From Cytophagales bacterium (GTDB lineage Bacteria > Bacteroidota > Bacteroidia > Cytophagales > JAHDFW01), in contig JAHDFW010000006.1 of the NCBI GenBank assembly GCA_020627945.1, forward strand, positions 1-52,439: a stretch of 52,439 nt of DNA, in the 5' to 3' direction. Both the position numbers and the translations under genes were made by a program. How positions within the stretch are numbered: position 1 is the stretch's first letter; each line of letters opens with the position of its first letter. This document shows, one piece after another, positions 10,301 to 22,300 of the stretch. The notes below the pieces were generated by a model that was given only the letters and a program-made list of their open reading frames with translations, ran no database searches and was not told the origin of the DNA.

Positions 10301-13300
10301 GTAGTTGAATACAAATCCTTTACAGGTGATTCAATAGGCGAATCCAACGTTGAGGTTGCTAACACTCCATTTCCTAAATTTTGAATTGCAGAGGCCAGCA
10401 TCTTAATTGTGGGGTTTTCGAACAAAACACGAAGAGGGATAGTTAGTCCTTCCTGTGCTTTAAATTTTGCGGCAAATTGAGTCGCTTTCAAACTATGTCC
10501 ACCCAACTGGAAGAAGTTTGAGTTTCTTCCTACTTGATCGACTTGTAATAACTCTTTCCAAATTGCTGCTAGTTCCGACTCCAATCCTTCAAAAGGTTGT
10601 TCAAATTCTTCTTTCTTTATTCCATCTAGGTTATACGAAGGGAATGAGCTTCTATCGATCTTGCCGTTAGGAGTTCGAGGGAATTTGTCCATTAGTACAA
10701 AGTCCGTAGGAATCATTACCTCGGGCAATCTTGTAGCAAGAACCGTTCTTATTTCCATAAAATCAGTTTCCTCACCTATGTAATACCCAATTAAAAAATC
10801 GTCCCCCTCTTTCGTATGATTTAGAACCACTGCCTGCTCAATTTGAGGAAGATTCGTCATACTGTGTTGTACTTCCTGAACATCAATTCGAACTCCTCTA
10901 ATTTTAACTTGAAAATCCTTTCTTCCAGAAACCTCAAGTTCGCCATCTACGTTAAACCGTCCTAAATCGCCAGTTTTAAAGAATCTTTTTCCATCAATTT
11001 GAATAAACGATGCCTCATTTAAAACTTCTTGGTCAAGATATCCCGAGGTTACATATGGACTGTAAACCAGGATCTCCCCATATGATAAATCACCTACTAA
11101 AGTCCCATGCTCTGAAAGAATCTTTATCTCTGTCCTTCCTACGGGTTTACCTGCAGATAAAGAGTTTTTCACGGGACCATTATACCTAGTAAATTGATTA
11201 AAAGTATTCAGAGTAGACTCCGTAGAACCGTAGCTTACCACGAACTTTGCCTTTTCATTGGATATAGATTCGAATAATTGATAATTCGAATAGGAAGTTG
11301 CTTCCCCTGTCATTTTGAATGTTTGAATCGCATCAAAACTTCGATGTAAGTTCGAATTTGCAAATTCTTTAAAAACAGATGGAACAGAGTGCCAAATCGT
11401 GATATTGTTTTGAATTAACCAATCTCCAAGTTCAACTAGATCAGTACTATTTTTAAACGAATGCGGCCAATAGGATGCTCCATTTAACAAAGCTCCAAAC
11501 ACATCGTTTACAAACGAATCAAAATTGATAGAGGAAAAGCCGGTTAACCTATCATTGGAGTCAATTTCCATCAAGGTGGAATAATTCGAGATGAAATGCA
11601 TTACCGCACCATGTGTTTGAGCAATTGCTTTAGGAACGCCGGTACTGCCTGAGGTGAAAAGTATATATGCTAAATTCGAAACTGACAAATTTGGAGTTGT
11701 GACCTCCACTTCTTCTTTAGGCAACTTTGAATCTAAAATCCAAACATGATCAAATTGTACTCCAAAATCGTTACATCTCGATTCATTATCTTCGTCCGTA
11801 ATCAAACAGTTTAAATCAACCGTTTTAATAATCTGTTCGATACGATAATTCGGATACGAAGGATCAATTGGAACATAATGATTTCCAGACTTCAACACAG
11901 CCAACAACGCGATTACCATTCGTTCATCATGAGAACAAGATATCCCTATAGGTTGATTGAAAATATTTTGGTCAATAAGGTCCTTAACGACAGCATTTAC
12001 CTTGTTCAGTAAATCTTTATAAGTCCATAATTCATTCCTTCCTCCAATTGCTAAACGGCCTGAATATTGTTTTGCTACGAATTCAAAACGGTCTATTAGG
12101 TTCCTTTCAGGTGAATACCAATCCATATCCGACACATCACCTGTCCAAGTAACATTCCTCTGGAGTACATCTTGAATCTTAATGGAAGGATGATCTACAA
12201 TTTGATCAATCAGTTTTTCAAACTTCTCAAAGATCAGTTCAATCGATTCAGGTCTGTAGAGCTCATTTTTATATAAACAGTTAAACCCTATTCCATCGGG
12301 AAATTCTGAAACATAAATATTTAGATCAAACTTCGTGGGAATATCATTAGTCCTATGTTTTTTATCTTTCGTATGAGACTCAACATTTTTGGTTTCCCCA
12401 TAGTTGAGTACATTTAGAAATACCGACGCAATAGGAAAACGATTTAAGTCTCTCGGAACGTTTAATTCCTCTACCAACTGCTCAAAAGGGTATTCCTGAT
12501 ACTCTAATGCTTTAACCGTATCTTTCTTGATCTCGCGATAAAACTGTTCAAATGTGAATTCTGGATCAATTTGACTCCGAAGAACCAGCGTATTTAAGAA
12601 AAAGCCATTTAAATACTTGAGTTGTTCATGAGTACGTCCTGCCGATGGAGTACCAATTATCAGATCCTGCTGCCCAGTAATTTCAAATAAAGTGATTTTA
12701 AGGGCTGCATTCAGAAACATGAATAAACTTGAATTCTGCCCTTTTATAAATTTGTTCATTTTAGCCTGTGAAGATGAACTCAAACTAAATGAAAATGAAC
12801 TTCCAGAATTCTTAAGCCTAGTCTTTTGAGCATAGTCTACAGGTAACTGCAGCACTGGCAATTCTCCTGACAATGCATTATGCCAATACGATTTTGCAGC
12901 TTTAAACTCATCACTTGCTAGTCGCTTATTCTGCCAATGCCCAAATTCTTTGTACTGTACTTTTAGTTCTGGCAAATTGTGATCTCGACCTTCAACCAAA
13001 CTTTCGTATAATTCCTTAAAGTCTGACCTTAAAACATCTAGTGACCAACCATCCGTGATGATATGATGCAAATTAAAAATCAAATACGATTGCTCACCTG
13101 TTAGTAGGGCACAACGAAATAGAGGTCCTTTCTCAAGATTAAAATCATGGTTTACTTCCTGCTGAAAATGGTTTTCTAAGAGCAATTCAAACCCAGAATC
13201 ATGATGTTCAATAACCTGCAAAAAAGCGGAATCAACCGCATTGATTTTTTGCATTGGAACGCCATCTATTTCTTGAAATGAAGTCCTTAAGGTTTCGTGT

Positions 13301-16300
13301 CTTTCTACTAACGAAATTAATGCTTGCTTAACCAATTTTAAATCAGAATCATCGGGGAGCTTTTGCTTAAACGTCATGTTATATTCCGACGATCCATCAA
13401 GAATTTTATCAAGCAACCATAAACGTTTTTGTGCTGCTGAGACCTCATAAAAGTCCGAATTAGGAAGCAATGGAATATCTTTAACATTTGTCGAACCCAT
13501 ACTGTGATCGACTAATTGGTCAATTTTTAGAGCAAGTGTCCTTACCGTTGGATATTCAAATAAATCTAAAAGGCGCAATTCCGAAGTCCATTTATTTTGC
13601 GCGGAGGCAATAACCGTAGCACCTCTTAAAGAATGTCCACCTAACTCAAAAAAGCTATCGTCTATCCCAAAATCATTCTTTTCTAGAACTTTTGTCCAAA
13701 TTTTGTATAAATCAATCTCCGTCTGACTTTTAGGAGCGGAAAATTCGTGTTTGGCAGTAGTATTACCTACAATATTATAATGATCCAGTTTGCTTGATTT
13801 GCTCCGAATCTCTTCGAATTCCTCCGAAGTAAGAAGGAGCAGATCTCCTAAAACTACATTCTGATCAGCTCCAAAAGCTTCCAACACCTGTTGTAATCCA
13901 TTTGCTAGATTCTCGATGGTTGCCTCTCGAAAAAGGTCTTTCCGATAGTTAAACTGAAACGCCAAATTAGTTTTTGAAAGACTTGCAGAAACAGTAATAT
14001 CAAACTTAGCGACCTCCGAACCTGATTCAATCTTAGAAACCATAAGTGCTTCAGAAGACTCTACGTTCAAATCCTCAAAAGTTAACACATTTAACATTAC
14101 ATCAAATAAAGGGTTTCGAGCTAGATCTCTTTTTATATCAAGTTCTGCTACAAGCTCTTCAAACGGATAGTCCTGATTTTCAAACGCATTCACAGTTTGA
14201 TTTTTGACTAAGAAAAGGTAATCTTCTATTCTCAAATTCTTTTCTGGTCGCAAACGTATTGGCAAAGTGTTGACAAACATCCCTAATACTCGTTTCAAAT
14301 CTGGATGCTTACGACCCGACGAAGCTGTACCTATAACTAAATCTTCCTGACCAGAATATTTACTCAACACAATGCTTAGTGCAGATATCACTAAAGTGAA
14401 CGGAGTTAACTGCAATTGTTCGGAAACTAAATTCAGTTTTTCCAGTATTGAAGAATCGACCTTCAGATAATAACTTCCACCTTCATGCCCTATATGAGAT
14501 GGTCGGTTAAAATCCAATGGAAGTGCCAACGTTTCAGGTAATACATTAAATTGATTTAACCAATATTCTCTTTCAACCTGAAATTGTGGAAGTTCACGCT
14601 TTCGGCTTTGCTGCTGTGCATACTCCTTATATTGAACCGATAGAGGCTCTAATTCCTCACCTTTAATCAGGTTAAGAAAATCAGAAGTTAAAATCTGCAT
14701 GGAGCCTCCATCTGAAATTATATGAGGCATATCAAACATCAGATAGCCTTTCTCTTTTTCTAATTTGAGAAATTCAGCTCGAAGCAAAGGTGGATGACTC
14801 AAGTCGAATGGTTTAACGAAATCCTTAAAATGCTTTTTAGCATCTAGGAATGAATCAACAGAAGTTTTTTTCAATTCAAAGTCTACATTTTCAACAATCT
14901 TCTGAACAGGAACACCTCCTTTCATTTCAAAAGAAGTCTTAAAACCTTCGTGCCTTTCAAACAATGTAATAATGGCATTTTCCAGTGATTCTAAATCAAT
15001 TTCACCTTCCAATTGAAGCATTGCAGGCATATTGTATTGAATGGAATTTCGACTTAACTGTGTTGTCAAAAACATCCTTTGCTGCGCTGGAGATAAAGGA
15101 TAAAATTCCAACTCCTCGGATGATCCAATTAAAGAGGCTGAAACCTCCTTAAAATTCTCGAAGTTCTCAGCCAGTTTTTGAACCGTAGGAAACTCAAACA
15201 ACTTTGAATATGCTATTTCAACTCCTAGTTGCTTGCTAACTTCACCTAATAATTCTATTACCTTAAGCGAGTGTCCGCCCAACCTAAAAAAATTATCGGT
15301 TACACCTACCTGTTCTTTTTCAAGAACTTGCTCCCAAATTTGAACTAGTTGTATTTCTATAATGGAAGAAGGAGCAACATATTCCTCCTCTAAATTATTA
15401 CCAACAGCATCTGGTTGTGGCAACAACTGCTTATCTATTTTTCCATTTGGAGTTAATGGAATTTGATCAAGTTCAATAAAGTATGAAGGCACCATGTAAT
15501 ACGGAAGTACCTCCTGCAAATGCTTTTTTAGTCCCTCTAGGTCTAAAAGATCTGAATAGACCAAATAAGCACATAAGTAATACAAGCCAGAACCATCTTT
15601 GTAGGGTATAACAGCACATTCCGTGATTTTAGGCTGTTCTAAGATAACATGTTCGATTTCTCCTGGTTCTACCCTGAATCCACGAATCTGAATTTGATGA
15701 TCACTTCTCCCTAAAAACTCAATATTTCCGTCTTCAATCCATCTGCCAACATCTCCCGTTTTATACATTACTTGCTCAGGAAAATATGGATTCTGGATAA
15801 AACGTTCTGAAGAATCAATTTCAGGATTAATGTATCCAGAACTTAGATTATCACCTCCCAAATAGATTTCACCTTGCATCCCAACAGGCACCAATTTCAG
15901 TTCCTTATCTAGAATATATACTTGGTTGTTAAAGATTGGTTTACCTACTGGAATGTTTACATAATTTTTTCGGACGTGATAAGTTGTTGAAATGATCGTA
16001 TTCTCCGTAGGGCCATAAACATTTACCAATTCAAATGATCCTGATTCAAACTTATTAAGCTTATCACCCCCTGTTAATAAATATCTTAACGAGTTATTCT
16101 TCTGTTCAAGGAAAAGTTCGCACGCTTGAGTAGGAATAAAAATTATTGAAATCTGATTCTTTTCTAAGTAGCTATTAAGTGCTCCCATGTCCAAACGAAT
16201 TTCTTCTGGAATCAAGTGCAGTGTACTTCCCGCAACAAGATTGGACACAATTTCCATATTGGATATATCAAAACTAAATCCTGCGTACTTAGCCGTATGA

Positions 16301-19300
16301 TCTTTTTTAGTAACTCCAAACTCTTCGAGATACCAGCCAGTAATATTTCTTAACGCTCTATGTGGAGTTTTAACCCCCTTTGGTTTACCTGTAGAACCTG
16401 ACGTATAAATAATACATGCGGTGTTATCCAAATCAATTTCTACGTTAGGATTATCTTCCGAACTTGTAAAAACTTCTTCTGCATCAGTTGCTACCCGAAT
16501 AATTTCAGAATCGCTGAGAAACTCTTTATTCTCAGAAGTTACAAAAAATTTGGCGTTTGCAGCTTCTAGCATATATTGCACACGTGCTTCAGGGAATTTA
16601 GTATCAATACATAAAACCGCTCCTCCACTCTTTAATACAGCTAATTCTGCAATCACCATATCCAAACCAATGGATGAACGAACTCCAACCACATCTTCCT
16701 TAGTTAGACCTTGCGACAACAAACAATTAGCAAGTTGGTTGGCTCTTACATTTAATTCCTGGTAGGTTAAACTTTGTTCTTCGAACACCAAGGCAACATG
16801 ATTTGGAGAATCAACAACCACATTCTCAAAGTCTCTAATAATGTTTTTAGAAACTTTTAAGTCTCGTGTAGTAGCATTAAAATCTTTAAGTAGAAGTTGT
16901 TTCTCTGATTCAGTAATCAACGAAATTTCTCCAATTCTGCTCGTAGGATTTGTCGCCATCTCCTGCAATACCAGCACTAAACTTTCAAGCATTTTATTTA
17001 TGCTCGATGAATGAAATAATTCGGATCGATAACCAAACGTAAATCGTATTGAATCCTCAGAAACCAATGCATGAACAGTAATATCAAATTTAGCCTCTCT
17101 CTCATTAACCGTTTCCGCACTGATTTTCAACCCTGATTCCGAATCGCCCGTGTTCTCCTGAACATCCATGCTAAACATGATATCGAACAAGGGATTTCTT
17201 GAAAGATCTCGCTCAATTTGCAGTTCCTTCAGCAAGTTTTCTAAAGGAAAAGCCTCATGCTCATGACATTCAATAGTATTTTTAACTACCTCTTGAAGAA
17301 AGCTAAGAATAGAAATTTGCTCTGATGGAAAATTGCGCATTGGGATAGTATTCACAAACATCCCAACCATTGAATTAAATTCAGTTCTACCTCTACCCGC
17401 ATTAATTGTACCTAGCACTAAATCTTCTTGACCTGAGTATTTATGAAATAGAATATTTAACCCAGTTAATAATACGTTGAACAATGTGGTATTATTCTCC
17501 TGAGCTAGTTTATTCAAATGTCCAGTAAGATCTTTGTTGATCAAAACACTTTCTACTCCTCCTTTAACTGAAATAACAGAAGGTCTTTTAAAATCAAGAG
17601 GTAAAGCGAGTGACTCTGGCAGAGTAGAATAACGTGTCAACCAAAATTTTTGATCTTCTGCACCTTTCTCGGATTGGATGTGGTTAAATCTCCATTCTGC
17701 AAAATCCTTATATGTGTATTCAATTGGAGTAAGTTCTTTTCCCGAATACAACTGAATAAATTCGGAAGTAATAATTTTCATCGATGCCCCATCAGATACG
17801 ATGTGATGCATGTCAAACGCTAGATAATGCTCTGATGAATTTACCTGATATATTTCAACCTTAAACAATGATTCAGAGGATAAATCAAAAGGTTGTACAA
17901 ATTTCTTAAAATGTTCTTTGGCTTCGCTGACATTCTTAACCTGATAGTGTACCAATTTGGAATTGGTAGCAGGATTAACCACTTGAACCGGTTCGTTCTT
18001 AACAACCAGAAAAGAGGTTCTAAGACTTTCATGACGAGCAACAAGCTTATTAATCGCTTCTTCAACTTTCTCAAGGTTCAACTCACCATCTAATTTTAAA
18101 AACCCAGGCATGTTGTACTGAATGGAATCCGGAATCATTTGATGAGTCAGAAACATTCTTTTTTGAGCGGGAGATAAAACGTAGAATTCTTGATGATCAA
18201 CTTTAGGAATACTGGTTAATTTGTGATCGGTAGTAGATTCTAAATACTGAACTATACCCTTAACTGTTGGATTTAGAAATAACTCCTTAAGTGGAACTTC
18301 CACGTTCAGCGTCGACTGAATCTCACTCAACAATTCCACCGCTTTTAGAGAGTGTCCTCCCAATTTAAAGAAGCTATGGGTAAGACCAATAGATTCAACA
18401 TTTAGTATTTCTTCCCAAATTTGACAAAGTTGTTTTTCAAGATTTGATTCAGGAGCAACATACTCTAAATCTGCAGCAGATAAATCGGGAACTGGAAGTC
18501 TCTTGATATCAATTTTCCCATTGGCGGTTAAAGGGAATTCCTCAATTCTCATAACCAAAGAAGGCACCATGTATGCAGGTAGTTTTTTCCTTAATTCCTG
18601 ATCCATTAAACCAATAACATTTTCTTGATTTTTTGAATCTATCGTTACATATGCAACCAAATGATTTTCTGTACCCTCTTTATGAACCAAAACCAAAGCC
18701 TGACCAATAAACGAAAGATCATTAAGTGCTGATTGTACCTCTCCGATCTCAATACGATAACCTCGTATTTTAACCTGATTATCTTTTCGGCCTTTGAAAT
18801 TCAGTACTCCCTGTTCATCCCAGAACCCCAAATCACCAGTAGCGTACATCAAAGAATTTGAGTATTTTGATTGAAAATATTTCATTTCAGTCAGCTCCTG
18901 CTGATTCCAGTACCCTTTTGTCACTGAAGGGCCTGCAATATGAATTTCACCTATAACTCCCTTAGGACATAATTTCTTTTCATCATCTAGAATAAGAAGA
19001 GCGTTGTTGGGGATTGGTCTACCAATTGGGTTCGAAGCTATAACTAAGCCTTCCTGATAATCAAATACGCTACAAAAAATTGTACCTTCTGTTGGTCCAT
19101 ACAGAATTTTAATCTGGCTCTTAGGAAAAACATTCTGCATTTTAGGTAAGAGATCACTTGGAACTGCGTCTCCTCCAACATACACCTGCCTCATGTTCGA
19201 ACACGTTCTACCCTCTGTTTCATAAAAACGTACAACCTGGGTCATCAGAGCAGGAACTGTATGAAACAAAGTAGACTGATCTAAAACTTCTAATAAAGAT

Positions 19301-22300
19301 TCTTTTTCTAACACCTGATCTTTATCCAAAAGGATAGTCTTACCACCTTTGATCATTGCATTAAACAGCTCAAAAAATGATATATCAAATGCGTGAGAAG
19401 CTACAAAGGGCATCACATCACTTGATTTTATCTTATTAAGATGGTCTATTTCTTGAAGAAAAGAAGCAAGGTTCCCATGATTAACTAATACTCCTTTAGG
19501 TTTACCAGTACTCCCTGATGTGTAAATAATATAGGCATTATCTTCAGGTTCTATTTTTGCTAATTCAGAACTAACCTCCACTGTACTTAGGTCCTTGAAT
19601 AATTCCTTTACTTGAAGCTCTTCTACTGAACTAGAATATGTATTTTGACTATTGGAATCAGTTATTATTATTTTAGCTCCGCTATCTTCGACGATATGCT
19701 TAACCCTTTCTTCAGGATATTGTAGATCAGCAGGAACATAAACCGCACCTGCTTTCATTATTGCAAGCAGACATTCCACCAATTCCAAGCTCCTACTCGC
19801 ATATAGAACTACCCGATCACCTTTACTTACGCCTAAATCAATAAATTTGGAAGCCAATTTTGAGGAGTTATCTTCCAACTCGGCAAACGTTCTCGTAAGT
19901 TCACCATATTCCAGTGCAATACCTTGAGGGTTCTTGAGGGCTGCCTTGGAAAATAGAGAGATCAAATTGTTATTAATATCTATTTCTAGTCTAGCACCAG
20001 TACTACTTAAAACGACATCTTGTTCTTCTTCAGAATTTAGCAGCTGAATATCACCTATTGATTTAGCACTAACTAATTGCTCTAAGACCCTAACGTAAGA
20101 GCTGCTTAATCGTTGGATTGTGGATTCTCTAAAAAGAGAGGTGGCATAATTGAAATTAATAGATAGGCCTTCAATGTTTTCAGACGTTGTTAAACTTAAA
20201 TCAAATTTCGAAATGCCAGATGGATTGCTCATTTGCTCAAACTTCACCTCATCAGATTGTATAACCTCGCTTTCCAAATTCAGTAGAGAAAACATGGTAC
20301 TAAAAAGAGGATTTCTGGCTGGATTTCTTTCCAAGTTTAAATCATCTATAAGATCCTCTAATTGATATTCTTGATTTTCGACGGCCAGCATGCTAGTTTC
20401 AGCAACTTCTTTAACGTATTGGGATATAGTCTTACTCGAATCAGGTTTGGACCGAATTACCAGCGTATTTACGAACATTCCAATCATGCGATTCACCTGA
20501 GCCATTGAGCGACCAGAAGCTGGCGTACCAACTATTATATCATTTATGCCAGAATAATTACTTAGTAAAATCTTGTACGCACTAAGCAAAATCACAAAAA
20601 GCGTAGTATTGTTATCGCTAGCCAAATGACGTAGTTGTTCTGTCAAAGAATTATCTACGAAAGTAGAAGTCCAAGCTCCATCAAACTGCTGAATTGCAGG
20701 TCTATTAAAGTCATATGGTAATTCAAGAATCGGTATTTCATCCTCAAATTGATTTAACCAAAAAGCACGTTGCTTTACTAATAACCCACTTAAAAGTTGT
20801 TGCTGTTGCCATTCAGCATAATCATGATACTCGAGATCCAGAAGGGACAATTCAATCCCGTGATAGAGTTGAGTAAATTCCTCCATTAATATATTAAGAG
20901 AAATACCATCCGCAATGATGTGATGAATATCACAAAATAGGATAGATACATTATTGGGCGTCTTCAATAATTTGAAACGAAAGCAAGGTCCCTGCTCCAA
21001 ATTAAAAGGTTGAATAAAAGTTCTTAAAAAATCATAATCGGACGATTCACAAGCTTCCTGATGCAATTCAAACGAACTTTCTTCATAAATTTGCTGAACA
21101 TTTTTACCATTCTTCACATGAAATGTAGTTCGTAATGCAGAATGTCTCTTGATCAATTTTTCAAAGGCCAAATTGGCTTTCTCCCAGTCCAATGATCCTG
21201 TAACCTTAATGAACATTGGCATGTTATAAGCTACACTCTCTGGATCCAATTTGTACAGAAGCCACATTCTACTTTGAGCAGAGGATTGCAAATAGAACGG
21301 TTTAAGGTCCGAGAAAGGAATAACTTCTTCTGCATTCAAACCAGTTTCCAATTCCTCAAATTCTCCAGCAAACAATTCAATTGTGGGATTAGCAAAAAGC
21401 ATTTTAACCGATGCCTCCTTATTGGTCTGTTCTCTTACTAAAGTAATCAACCTATTTGCCAACAATGAATGACCTCCTAACTCGAAAAAATTATCTGAGA
21501 CACCAATTTGTTCTTTCTTAAATACATCCTGCCAAATCTCAACTAACAGTTTTTCAGCTTCTGTCCTTGGAGCTTTATAGACATTAATTCCAGAGTAATA
21601 TTCAGCTGCATTGGGAAGACTTTTTCGGTCTATTTTCCCATTAGATGTCAAAGGAAAGTGGTCTAGACGAATGATATAAGAAGGAATCATGTAGGTTGGC
21701 AAATCCTTCTTCAAATGGTCTTTAAGTTCACTTTCGTCAAATGCATCTGGATTACAAACCACAAATGCTACAATATATTTTTCCAGGTTCTCGGGATTTG
21801 CCTGATCCAAAACCAATACCTCCTGGATCGCTTGATGCTGCCCTATCCTACTTTGAATTTCTCCTAATTCAACCCTATAACCTCTAATTTTAACCTGATA
21901 ATCATTTCTTCCCTCGAAATATAAATTCCCATCATAACCCCACTTGGCTAAATCACCTGTTCGATAAATAAGTCCTTCTCCATAGGGATTGGACACAAAT
22001 TTCTTTTCATTTAGGTTTTCTCGATTCCAATAACCTTTAGTAACAGATGTACCTGCAACGCAGAGCTCTCCTATTACTCCTTGAGGGCAGACTTTCAGCT
22101 GATCATCTAATACGAATATCCTGCTATTAGGTATAGCTCTACCTATAGGATTTAGATGGATTTTTTCGGTTTTCAGGTAATCATAGACACTACAGAAAAT
22201 CGTTGCTTCAGTTGGACCATAAAGTATTTTAACCTCTGCATTCGGAAAAACGGCTTGTATTTTAGGTACTAATTCGGACGGCACTGCATCTCCACCTACA

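Noticed and set aside
9919-10323. Possibility that C6 is an epimerisation or dual E/C domain, prompted by the extra HH in FYFLHHKYPDS near its N-terminus.
   Set aside because: The HH is not in the HH(I/L)xxxxGD context of dual E/C domains. C6 also lacks E-domain motifs (EGHGRE, FNYLG) and otherwise matches the ordinary C-domain motif series.
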